A stretch of DNA of 64,000 nt, from assembly GCF_006345805.1 (NCBI RefSeq), contig NC_042997.1:82522001-82586000 (forward strand), in the 5' to 3' direction. This stretch comes from Octopus sinensis (lineage: Eukaryota). The notes beneath the pieces were generated by a model. The model made no database searches, was not told the origin of the DNA, and saw only the letters and a program-made list of their open reading frames with translations. A program made the position numbers and the translations under genes. Below are positions 34,911 to 46,659 of the stretch, piece after piece. How positions within the stretch are numbered: the first letter of the stretch is position 1; each line of letters opens with the position of its first letter.

Positions 34911-36210
34911 CGAGGGGCGTTCAATAAGTAATGCCCCTGACCCATTTCCCATAGCAGTAGAGCAACGAAACTTGGCACAGTTATTAGTCTTTTTCTACAT
35001 AGGAACCACCCAGAGTTACGCATTTCTCCCATCGTTTGATGCAGCTCTGGAGACCGTTTTTGTAGAAGACTCCAGCTTGGTCCTCCAACCACGACGTGAC
35101 TTCAGAAATCAAGGCTGCATCATCTGGGAAACGCTTTCTTTTCAAAAACAACTTCATGGCTAGGAAGAGGTGAAAATCAGAGGGTGCAAGGCCAGGAGAG
35201 TAGGGGGGATGAGGGAGGAGTACATAGCCGCACGCCTGTGCTTCTGATCTGGCGACACGCGAGTTGTGGACCGGAGCGTTGTCCTGCAGGAGGAGGATGC
35301 CTTTGCTGATCTTGCCCCGCCTCTTGATTTTGATAGCTTCTCTTAATTTCCTCAAAAGTGAAGCATAATAGGCTCCTGTAATTGAGGTACCCTTTGCCAG
35401 GAAATCTGTCATCACTACTCAGTCCTGGTCCCAGAAGACTGTGAGCATGGCCTTGCCAGCGGAGGGCTGCACCCTTGCCTTCTTTGGAGGAGGTGAGTCA
35501 CGGTGCTTCCACTGCATTGACTGGGCTTTGGTCTCTGGATCATAGTGATGGACCCAGGTTTCATCCTGTGTAATCAGTCTTTTGAAAATTTTGACTCATC
35601 TTCTTGGCACATCTCCAAATTCATCCTCGAGCACTCGACGCGTTCTTGCTTCTGGAAAGGTGTGAGCAACCTGGGAATCCATCTGGCAGACACCTTTTTC
35701 ATATGCAAATGGTCATGAATGATAGTTTCCACAGACCCGGTATTAATCTTGACCTCATGAGCTATTTGGCAAATAGTTATGCGGCGATCTTCCAAAATGG
35801 CAGCCTCAGCTTGACAGACAGATGCCTCATCAATGGCAGAAGTGGGGGGGGGGGGCGACCAGATCTGGGAGCTGTTTCCACAGAGTTCCGACCATGTTTG
35901 AATTCACGATGCCACCGTTTTACAAGGTCATATGATGGGACATCATCACCATAAGTTACTTTCATTTCATCAAAAGTCTCCCGTGGTGTGCGTCCTTTCA
36001 AATACAAAAACCGGATCACTGCTCGACACTCAACAGGTTCCATTTCACACTTGACTCAGTTCAAACACCTGTAAATCAGAAACCACAATTAGTCCAGAGC
36101 TGTAATTTGCCACTTAATCTATAGAGATATAAATAATTGCACATGCAAAATTTCAGCTAGATCAAACAACTGCAAGTTGGTCAGGGGCATTACTTATTGA
36201 ACGTCCCCCG
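34911..36210 (-). mobile_element. Full-length (1300 bp) mariner, DD34D, inactivated
   Basis: ~30-bp TIRs cgaggggcgttcaataagtaatgcccctga, TA on both sides; transposase from ATG at 36043: WIPRLL, TQDETW, QDNAPVH-34aa-D, YSPGLAPSD; frameshifts at the G12 run (35844-35855) and ~35585, stop at ~35420. Confidence 0.95.
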
Positions 36211-36418
36211 TATATGTGAATATCTAAGCATACAAACATGTATGTATGTGTGCATATATTTATGTATATAAGTTTGTGTTTCCACATATATGTATGTATA
36301 ATGAACTGTGAGTGTTTGAAATAGTAAAGTTTGGACTAACTACCTCATGTTGAGGGACATAACTTTATTTGTTATGTTCTTCAAGGTATCCTATTTAGAA
36401 TATACATTTATAAATGTA

Positions 36419-36839
36419 CTAGCAGCATAGCCCGGCGTTGCCCGGGTATGTAAGAGCCCCTAGTAGGCAACAACTAATCCCAATCTAGTCCTTTCCCTCT
36501 AGGGAACGAAGGCGCATGTGTAGGTTGCAATGTCTTCTCTTCACTCGAATACTTCTGTGTATACGATGTTCCTAGCTGTCCCTACCTGTCGAGTTGTGTC
36601 CCCTAGACAGAAAATGTGTTGCATATAAAAAGCTTAGATTCTCGACCCCATGTCGAATTTATCGAATTTTTTCAGAACTGGGGGAACTTTTCAAAATTTT
36701 CGCTGCATTAGTTTTGAATTATGACATTGGGCTATGTGTGTGTCAAGTTTCATCAGAATCGGTTGAAAGCCATGGTCAGGGTAAGGGTACAACCTGACAG
36801 ACACACAGACAGACAAACTGCCGTTTATATAGAGGGAGA
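36419..36839 (-). mobile_element. Non-autonomous Helitron, shorter copy of 18763-19552
   Basis: a|ctagcagcatagcccggcgttgcccggg ... ccgtttatatagagggaga|t; lacks ~370 bp of the longer copy. Confidence 0.88.
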
Positions 36840-36999
36840 TTTATAAGAAGTGTATTTTATATGTGTGTGTGTGTGTGCGTGCGTATGTATGTATATAGAC
36901 ATTATGTATATATATGTATTAAGGAAAGCAAAAAAATAAAACAAAATGATATTCAGTATACTGACGATAGGAATTTCTGTCAAAAAGATAATTAAACAA

Positions 37000-37304
37000 A
37001 GTTGTACATCATCTCCCTCTTTCTCTCACACCCCACTCTTCCTCTCACGCCCCCACTCTTTCTCTCTCTTTGAATATTAGCGCCACCATCAACACTACTA
37101 CTTTTAATAAAACATCAACTCTCCCTAAATTTCTTTGTCTCTCTTTCTCTCCCTGTCTTCGCTACCACTCTCACCGTCTCTATGCTTACTATTACTCTCA
37201 CCCCATCTAGAAGAATAGTAGGAGTGTCATTGAATAGTGAGAGAGGGGATCTAAGTGTGACACACTGACACACAGAAATTAGTTTTTGCATTTATTGTAT
37301 TAGA
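37000..37304 (-). mobile_element. Probable 5' end of another non-autonomous Helitron
   Basis: Minus strand begins a|tctaatacaataaatg followed by a TG/TC microsatellite; no 3' CTAG found. Confidence 0.4.
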
Positions 37305-37985
37305 TATACGATGGTGATTAACTAATAATGGACCACTTTAAATCATTAGAATGATTATTAAATTTTAGAATGATTATTAAATACAGAAGGAAATGTAATT
37401 CTACTATTCTTAGTAAATGCATTTGGAATTTGACAGATAAGAATATCAAATATGATTTAAAGTGGTTCATTATTAGTTATGCACCATCATATAATATTAT
37501 AATTCTACTTGTGATCTTTGCCTCAAAGAATTCTATTTTATAACTACTTCTAAATCAATTTTATTGAACTTTAATGGGCACTTAAATTTTAGATGTTGCC
37601 ATAAAAAGACATTCAAATATTTCAATTATTAATTACAATGATCTTTTAATTAATTATTTATTATATAATAAGGTTAATTTCTATTAATGTAGTGTTTAAT
37701 ATAGTGACTAATTAATTAATTAATTATAGCAATGTTAAAGTATCTAAACATTGATTAAGCATAATGTAGAATTCTTATGTATAATTTTTATTCTGTAATT
37801 ATCCAGAGATCATCAAGATTTGTATATATTATTAATTATAGTAATTTTTCTATTATTATATAATAATCTTAATTCATATAAAAGGGTGTAATATAAAAAT
37901 GAATAGGTATTTAATTATCCTATCCGTTATCTTTATTCTTTAGTTATCTAGTGTAGTCATCAATAATTATATATATTATTATTAA
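37305..37985 (+). mobile_element. Decayed Penelope GIY-YIG C-terminal fragment and 3' region
   Basis: NSTILSKCIWNLTDKNIKYDLKWFII..APSY matches the PLE endonuclease tail; very AT-rich. Confidence 0.6.
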
Positions 37986-38145
37986 CTAGCAGAAGTACCA
38001 GTGTTGCTCGGGATTTAAATACTACAATGATTTTGATACTTAGTAAATTTCCTATGTCATAAATAGCGTTAATGCCAAATTATAACACAATTGGTTGCTT
38101 ATTGTAACAAAATTGTCACAAATTTTAACAAAATTGTCACCGGGT

Positions 38146-38690
38146 ACTCATCGTCATTGTTTGACCGTGGTCGAGACAATGGAATTTACCATGCTACGCC
38201 AGACTTCACGGTCCATCATAGCATTACGGAGGTCCTGTTGCTGGGTGCCTGTATCCCTGGAGATTACATCAGGGTAGGAGAGTGTGCATCCTCTGGTATC
38301 GCGAGTAGATGGCTTCCAGAGGAGAAGAGTAGAAATTGCCTCATTTTCAGCTCTACAACAATGTCCAGCAAACTGGACTCTCCTACCTTTCACAAGAGAT
38401 GACGCTTCCACGAGAGATTTTGAGCTCTCATAAGGAGGCGAGTGTAGGTTCCATCCAACTGCCTCTCAAGTTTCTTTGATAACATCCAAGTTTCTGAGCC
38501 ATATAGTAGAATTGGTTCGACTGTGGCTTTGAAGATTTTAAGTTTGAAGTCTCTACTTAGATTTGATGACCAGATCTTATGCATATCATTACAGGCTGAC
38601 CAGGCCATACCCTTTCTAGTTAGAAAATCTTTTCCAGATGATGATATGTAAACAAGTGCCTGTCCAACAGTGATTGCATCATCCATACTC
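38146..38690 (-). mobile_element. RTE-group LINE 3' fragment nested in the Helitron 3' region
   Basis: RKGMAWSAC, IFKATVEPILLYGSETW, RRVQFAGHC, AMMDREVWR; short GAT-like tail. Confidence 0.85.
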
Positions 38691-41600
38691 TCAACAATAT
38701 GCCCTTAAATATGGTTTCTGATTACAAATATCTTGGGTCATACATATCACCGGGTACTGCTGAAGCCAAGCAGTAACAGTTTGATACAAAGTCCTGAGAA
38801 GGGCTTTAATGCATTCTCAGAAGTTGTAACAATCACAGGTAAAGTAGCCCTGAAAAAGTCTTTTATGCTATTCTCACAGCAGTAACAATCTGATAAGAAG
38901 CCTTTGTAAGGCTGTATGGCCAATTCATGAAATAAAGAAGCCTTGAAAAGGGCTGTAATTCATTCTCAGGTGGTGTAACAATCATATGTAAAGTGACCCT
39001 GAAAAAAGCCTTTTTTCGTTTGCACCAAAAGCAACTGTTGCTGTGAAATGTGAAACTTTGTAAAAACAGATAACAAAGCTAGGTTGGACAAAGGAAAAAG
39101 AAACATGGTTGAGGAAAGTTAGTAACTTTGAAAGCATGACTACAGTAGCACTCACTCACCAAATACAGGTCTGCAAGGTTGCACTGGTGTAGTGGAAGTA
39201 CTGAGGTTCACAAATTTGAAAGCAATTGGCACATGAAGTGCCTACAACACCTCTCTGTAGACCACATTTTTCATTTTGCTATTAGGTGCAAATACGAATA
39301 GACTTTATTTGCTTCCAACTCTGGAGCATCCAACATATAACTGGCCTAAATGGAGGCCTCCTATGGTTAGGGTTTGGCCTTGGGACTTATTGATTGACAT
39401 GGCAAAGTAGAGTTGAAGTTGGCATAGCGGACAGAGAAATCCCTTACCTGATGGAGTAAGAGGTACTCTAGGTATGAACACATCTTTTCCCATGCCACAT
39501 CCCATGAGAATCATGGCCTCAATGACATGTGGCAGTAGGTTTTTCATCATTAACTACGTTCTGTTGCAGAGCCTTGGTGGCCCCAGATTTCTCAGCAGCA
39601 CCATTGGAGCTCCAAGTTTGAGACACAATGTATGAGGTGATAGTCCTGAGGGGTTCAGGGAATTGAGGAATTCTGTTGGAAAATTGACAACCTCTTCTGG
39701 TTCCACAGCAGTGTCAATGGACTTGTAGGTATGAAGACTTCCTGGAAGGTACTGCAACAAATCTTAATTGAGTTTCACCACAAAGTTGTTTTTCAGAGCT
39801 AATGTGGTCCTATTGCACCACTGACTTACGGTTTTGTAATTTATCGGTCGATTGGAAAAAACAGCAGCCATGAGATCATCAACAGTGTGAACAATGGTGC
39901 ATACTTGTGAGACTGTCATCTCTCCAGCTGCATACAAAGGTGCATTACTGTTGCAAACTGTTAGAAGGTCTTTGGAAAAATCAGCTGATGAGTGATCGCC
40001 GAACAGCTGAGCTCTCATCGCCGAACAGCTGAGCTCTCATATTGGTTTTAAGGGACCAAATTCTTATCTGCTGCCACAGGGAAGCAGACTTAATGCAAGC
40101 CCCAACAGCATCTACCCTGGTGCCTTTTGGAATAACTGGGAGAGTTTGCCTAAAATCACCAGATAGCAGGAGAAATATTCCTCCTATTGGACGGTGACAG
40201 TCCCTTATATCTTGCAGGGTCCTCTCTAGGTCCTCAAGGGATCCTTTATGGGCCATTGTGCATTCATCCCACACAATGAGCTGGCACTATCTCAGGACTT
40301 CTGCTTTGTCCGAGCCCTTGCTGATATTGCAAGTTGCAGAGTCAGGTGTAGTCGTATTAAATGGAAGTTTAAAAGCAGAATGAGCTGTCCTACCTCTGGG
40401 AAGTAGAGTTGCAGCAATCCCAGAAAAAACCACAGCCAAAGTGATCCCTTTCTGTTGCTGTACTTTTGTGAGGAGGAGCTTCTTAATGAATATTTTACCT
40501 GTTCCTGCTGGGGCATCCAAAAAGAAAATGCCTTTTTTGCGATCACGAATGGAATCAACAATGATGCTGTAAGCCTGCTGCTGGTCCTGCAACAACTTTG
40601 GCTCATCTTCGTTGATGTGTCATTCAAGGGCATCAATGTCATATGATGTTTCCTGAATTATGCCTGTTGGAAGTGTGTGTGAGCCTGTTTGGTGTACTTT
40701 CAGTCCACCATAAGATGGAAATTCATTTCCGCTGGCAGATAAAATTCTATCTTCAATGTCAATGAAAGCTCTGTTGTAGAATTCATCGCTAAGGCCTATG
40801 TCCAAGTCAGGAAGCAGCAGTTGTCCATGGTATTTGAAGTCTTCAGAAAGGTTTTCTCTATATTTCTCCTGCAGAGATACAGGATCACTGAGCTTGCACA
40901 TTTGCAATATCACCGCAAAGAGCGCTCAGAGACTTCTTACTGATTTATTGTAGCTGCCTCCACCAGTGTTGCATCCCACTGAGCACCGTCTTCTAGTTGC
41001 CCATGTTTAAAACATGCTTCACAGTATGTGATACAAACTCCTCCGTTAAAACATTTCAAGTCATTGAAAGATGTTGGCCCTCTTATCTCATGTAGTAGAA
41101 GTCATAGATACAAACACTCCTGTTGGCTTGAATGAACTGTGTAAACTCTCCTGAGGCAATGGGAGAACTTTATGCAGGGTTGTCCAATCTTTCTTCATGT
41201 CCAATTGTTGATGCCGTTCCAAGTGAAATATGATGACACTTGAAGATAGAGGAATGTCTAGGTGAAGGTGTCATTTTTGCATAACTTGAAGAAGGCTGTG
41301 AGCATGTTGTCCTTGAGTTCCTGTGCTAGCTGAGCAGCAGTAGAATGTGAGAAGTAAACTTGTAGGTCATTTTCAAGATGCATCACCAGCTGCTCGATGG
41401 GAGGCTGTCTCTGGTATATTGGAAAGTCAAAGAATTGCCAGAATGCCTCACTGCTGCTGATGTATTGGCTGACTTAGTATCGAGTGACTTCATCTTGGCT
41501 GTTTTCCATTTGAAGGGCGAATGAAGTGGCGTCTGACTCCTTGTTGACGTACTTGCAGATATGCTTTATCGACTTGACGGAATTACAATATTCAACATTA

Positions 41601-42239
41601 ATGTGGGCATTGAATACTTTAAGTAGAAGTGGGCAGTAGGAGACAATCCACCTGTTATCAACATCATGTTTACCAATTTTCACAACAAGTCCTCCATCCG
41701 CTGGCTTCCTGTGGCGATATAGTGAGTAGCCATCACCGCCTGTCTGGGTTTCTTGGAGAAATTTTCTTGGATGCCTCTTGCTGCACCTGTTTTCTTTAAG
41801 GCATGGTGACATCATGCTGAATCCACTTCCATATGGTCTATGTCACTATATCATAGAAGTCTTTCTCCAAATTTGGGTCAGGGAGCTCTGCAGAAATAAT
41901 ACTGTTAATGTCAGTGGTGCTGATTTTCGTTGAGAGCTAAATGAGTATGTGGGCATGTGGCAGGCCTCTCTTTTGCCACTCAATGGAGTACATGTAGCAC
42001 CAAATGTCTCCAAACATCTTAATTTTTGAATGAGTTCCATTAGTTTTGCCAACTTCTGTTGGTAGACTCTGGCCAGAAGGTCATGTCTGGTTTTGGCCTT
42101 TTGCCTTGGGAACAATTCACTGCTGATTTCATTTGGGTTGCAGGTGAAAGTGATGAAACGGTCAGGTCTACCGTAGTGGCACACATACATCATGGCATCC
42201 TGTATGTGTTCGTGCATATAGCAAGGGCTTCCTTTAAAC

Positions 42240-42640
42240 ATAGGCGTAGGAGTGGCTGTGTGGTAAGTAGCTTGCTTACAAACCACATGGTTCCGGGTTC
42301 AGTCCCACTGCGTGGCACTTTGGGCAAGTGTCTTCTACTATAGCCTCGGGCCAACCAAAGCCTTGTGAGTGGATTTGGTAACCAGAAACTGAAAGAAGCC
42401 TGTTGTATATATGTGTGTGTGTATATATGTTTGTGTGTCTGTGTTTGTTCCCCCAACATCGCTTGACAACCAATGCTGGTGTGTTTATGTCCCCATAACT
42501 TAATGGTTTGGCAAAAGAGACTGATAGAATAAGTACTAGGCTTAGAAAGAATAAGTCCTGGGGTCGATTTGCTCGACTAAAGGCGGTGCTCCAGCATGGC
42601 CACAGTCAAATGACTGAAACGAGTAAAAGAGTAAAAGAGA
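42240..42640 (+). mobile_element. SINE family 1 copy nested in the Helitron Rep region
   Basis: Full copy interrupting the LGRVCI...FKGSPCYMHE coding sequence. Confidence 0.88.
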
Positions 42641-43399
42641 AGTATGCACACTCTTCCAAGATTTTCGGAAGTGATGTCATTGTTAATGCCATCTCGAAGG
42701 TGAATGTAGCTCTCCGAACGCAAGCGCTTTTAGTTTTACTTAATATAGCACAATCTTTCAGACTCATTTTTGTGTACATGTCCACAGCAAATTGCATGGT
42801 GGAGGTGATTGAAGCAGCCATTGCGGACCATAAAACAGTTAACATAGAATTGCTTGCAGGATACAGTTTTGTTGCTGTCACACAAAAGAATTCGGAAGTG
42901 ATATCCATTAGCGTCATCTGGAAAAAAAATGGGGTATTGCATTGCATTGTAGGACCTGTGGGTCTCACTGATCCTTTGCAGGGCCTTGTCCCTACACTGA
43001 AGGATAATGTCCCATTTGTTGTGGTGTTCTCCATGAAGAGTCACAGCAATTTCATTGCATGTGGGTGCATTAAAATGGCCTGCATGGGAGTCAGGTGGCT
43101 TCTTGTCAGCATCGACGACAACAGCAAAGTTTGGTGCAGGGGCGGCTTTCAATGCACATTTAAAACTACAAACATAGCTGTTCTCTTCATGCATCATCTT
43201 TTGAAGTTTCAGCAGGATGTCTAATTCTGTAAAAGGTGAAATTGAAGCATGCCTTTCGGATTGGTCCATGTAGTTGCTGATGAAGTAGAGTTGTAGGAAC
43301 TGAGGCTCTTCATTTGACATTGGCAGAAGTGATCCAATTCTGTGGTAAATTTGCCCTTGGGCTTTAAAAGTTGACATGAAGCCACCCTCTCATATGATT

Positions 43400-44042
43400 A
43401 TAGCTTCATGGAGAAAAAGCAGAGTATGAATCTTTAAGAATTTTACCCATCACCTCATCACCTTCAAAAAGCTACACACTTCCAATGTTTCACTTTTAGC
43501 TTTTTTGGAAAGTGGGGAAGTTTCTTCAGAAATAATGTCGTTTACCTGTTGTTTCTAGCATGTTGGGTTTTCTGTTGGTGGAAACATCAGACAGTAGGTG
43601 ATGGGTGGGCAAGGTGGGAGAAGGAGCATTGAGTGTTTCTTTAAGAAAAATTAAACTATGAAAATATATATATTTCCCAGATTCATAATCTCTATTTTTC
43701 TATGTAGAAGACAAAAAAAAAAAATTTTTAATGTTACAAATTAAGAAATTATTCTATGGGGGGAAATAAAAATTTTGAAAACATGATTTCTGGACAAAAT
43801 CGTTTTAACCCCCTTTTATATGATGAAACAATACATAGTTTCTGATTCTCCTCAAGAACAGAAAGCACTTTCATGCAAACCCATGCAAATTGTACCACCT
43901 ACTTTACTTTTAAACAAACAATAACTTCCATTATGTCATTAACTGTATATTAGTGGTGCCAATTCTGCCCATAAGAAAGGAGCAAATAATACAATGTGCC
44001 TGTTGGTTACAACACCTGGGGAACACAGGGATGCATTGCTAG
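43400..44042 (+). mobile_element. Probable non-autonomous Helitron, 3' end at 44042
   Basis: cctggggaacacagggatgcattgctag|t resembles the cccgggcaacgccggg...gctag|t ends; 5' boundary uncertain. Confidence 0.45.
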
Positions 44043-44189
44043 TATATTATATATGTATGTATGTGTGTGTATATATATATATATATGGGGAAAAATTTAA
44101 GGTAGAAAATGCTAAAATAATTTTATAAAAAACATTTCAGTATCAGTTTCAGTCATTGAGACTTTTTCAACTGTAAGTATGGAAAACAA

Positions 44190-45460
44190 TTAAATTTTGG
44201 AAAAGTTAAAAGAAAAGTTTTTTAAAAGAATATTTGCATAGTATTCAAATACAAGGGGCATTTTTCTTGTTTCTGCTTGTCTCTGTCTCTCTTGTTTACT
44301 CTTGTGAGTTCGAGGTCGTTGTGAATTCTTGGGAGAGAAGAAGAAGAAGGAGGAGGTGAATGTGGGAGTGCCATGATAGTAGTAGGATGTTAAATGGTCA
44401 AGTGCCCTGAAAGTGACTTGTGGATGGTAGTAGTGATTGAATTCTTGAAACATCTCTTTTGAATGTATTGTTTATAATATTTGCTTAGGTGTTATTCTAA
44501 ACAGCAATAGTAGTAAAGTAAGGAAGGGGGTGGCAGAGAGGAAGAAAATGAAGAAGAAGGGGAAAGAGAAGAGAGAATAATAAATTAATGCAGGTGGTAT
44601 GATAGTAGTAGGATGTTAAATGGTCAAGTAACCTAAAAGTGGCTTGTTATCGATTATAGCAGTGATGGGACTGTTTTTTAATGAATTCTTGGGTATTTCT
44701 TGAATGTATCATTTTTAATATTTACGTGTGTATTTGTGTTATTCTAAAGCCATGGTAGATATGTCATTTGTTGTAGATGCATTCAAAAGAGGTCTGTATT
44801 TTTTAATAAAGAGAGTCTCTTTACTAATTCCTTGGCTACAGGTTGTATTATCGCTGAATTGGTAGAGGGGAAAAATTCTGAAGCTTGGATTTTTGTTATT
44901 GGCGCAAATGTTGATGTGTTGGTTGAATGCTAGTTTTCTGTTTTTGAGAATTTTGATCTGGGATCTGTGCAGAGCCATCCTTTGATGTAGACTGTTTTTT
45001 GTTGGCCTATGTATTGCTCTTGACACCCAGAGCAGGTTAGTGCATATATTAGGTTCTCCAAAGCACATGTAAAGCTGCTTTTCACTGTGAAACGTTGTCC
45101 CTGTTTGAAGGAAAACTCTGATCCTTCAATTGAACTGATGCATATCCCACAGTTGGGTCTTCTGCATTTTTTTACTGACGGCTTCTGTGTTGTTGTCGAG
45201 TGTATTTGGGCTTGTGTTAGGAGATTTTTCATAGATTTGGCTGTCCCTTGCTTTTTATGATGGTATGTGTTTGGAGGATTAAATTCATTCTGTGGTCCTT
45301 TTTTAGCAGGGGAATGTTTTGAAGGATGGTGTTGAAGGCTTCATTGTTAAGAGGGTTGTGTGTGGAGATGTATGGTAGGGCTTTTGGTTGTAGATCTTTC
45401 TTTAATTTGGGATGTCTGAGTTCGTGGATGTTGAGTTGTAGGGCACATTGAAATTATATA
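44190..45460 (-). mobile_element. Penelope-like element (Neptune-type Cys-rich linker plus GIY-YIG) with repeated 3' region
   Basis: KKCRRPNCGIC...FTC..ENLIYALTCSGCQEQYIGQ..LHQRMALHR...FIKKYRPLLN; 44370-44450 is repeated at 44597-44700. Confidence 0.8.
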
Positions 45461-45465
45461 ATACG

Positions 45466-45630
45466 ACGGGCTTCTTTTAGTTTCTGTGTACCAAATCCAC
45501 TCACAAGGCTTTGGTTGGCCTGGAATTATAGTAGAAGACACTTGCCCAAGGTGCTATGCAGTGGGACTGAACCTGGAACCATGTGGTTGGGAAGCAAGCT
45601 TTTCACCGCACAGCCATGCCTCCGCCTATA
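45466..45630 (-). mobile_element. SINE family 1, head only
   Basis: Reverse complement of the SINE head through to the start of the microsatellite. Confidence 0.8.
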
Positions 45631-45769
45631 AATCTATATGTTTGAGGAATTCTTTTGCTCTTTCACTAAATATGTTTGAATTAATTGTTGATGTAAATGT
45701 GCCTCTGGCAAAATAATTACATTAATTCAAAGTATTCGTGATAAATATTTTTTGTTTTATTTGTTACAG

Positions 45770-45793
45770 ATGATGATCAAAAAGATATTCAAA
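45770..45793 (+). CDS. PNPO: PNPO exon 2 (24-nt micro-exon, phase 1/1)
   Basis: ttttgttttatttgttacag|ATGATGATCAAAAAGATATTCAAA|gtgagt; gives (D)DDQKDIQ(N) directly before MRKPY, like the DLGPMRKSY of human PNPO. Confidence 0.8.
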
Positions 45794-45935
45794 GTGAGTT
45801 TTTATTTTTGATAACTTTTTACTCATCTAGATTATTTGAACGAAGCAATAGGTTTAGTTTTATTGCTCTATTGAATTATTACTTTATTCACTTAATCATC
45901 ATCATCATCATCGTTTAGCGTCTGTTTTCTATGCT

Positions 45936-46154
45936 TTAGCATTCAGATTACTCTGTCTAATGTAATGCCTTTTATTCTCATTATTTTGAATTAATCATTA
46001 ATTATCTTGTAGCTTTGAAACTTCAGTAATATAATTGTTTATTTTTTAAGTGGTATGGTAGGCTAGGTGTGAGAGGCCAAATATGGCCAGTTTGAGCATA
46101 AGATGTGTAGAATATTTGGGCTGGATATGGCCAGCTTAAATGCTAAAGGATTAA
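45936..46154. mobile_element. TTAA-type MITE, left end truncated
   Basis: tttagcatt ... aatgctaaaggattaa inverted ends; left end fused to an RTE-tail stub (45899-45935). Confidence 0.6.
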
Positions 46155-46659
46155 TTTAAATACAGTCAATGTTAAAACATTTTAGTCAAATACAGTATAA
46201 AACTGACTTATGTATATTATTTACTTTTCCTCAGTATGATAGCATATGTAGAATGTGTTGTAAATTTGGACATCTTTACATTATTGGAGCTTTTGCTTTT
46301 GCAGCTGAGGTCCTTTCATCCACTAAGTATTCAGTTGGGAAGTAGGACATTAGATCCTGTCTGTAAACTGGACAAATCAGTTAGTGTTTATAAGGTTACT
46401 CAATGGGTTAGATGGTAGACTTAACCTATTACCTGGGTTAACACCACCATCAGGCCCTTGGGTGCCTTTAGTGAAATCCAGTCTGTTGAAAACATTTGGA
46501 CTGGATGTTCAATCTGAGGATAATTTTTTCTAATTTCTTTTCTCTAAAAGGATCATGAACAATACTCTTCCTCCTGTGAATATACTCAACACTGCTTAAT
46601 TTTTGGGAACGGAAGAGAATCAATTATTTCTACACCAGTTTGATCATATTATTGACATT

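Larger units (their letters stand above)
37986..43400 (-). mobile_element. Decayed autonomous-type Helitron (Rep plus PIF1-like helicase pseudogene, ~39300-43380)
   Basis: GQIYHRIGSL, FITFTCNP, YSIEWQKRGLPHAHIL (HUH), KHICKYVNK (Tyr to His), DAPAGTGK, WDECTM, GDFRQTLPV, LLRNL..PRLCN, FAMSINKSQGQTL, QLYVGCSRV; 3' end CTAG at 37986-37989 with a degenerate hairpin; many frameshifts. Confidence 0.93.

Noticed and set aside
42508-43224. 238-aa plus-strand ORF
   Set aside because: Starts in a SINE and is antisense to the Helitron Rep N-terminal region; a shadow ORF.
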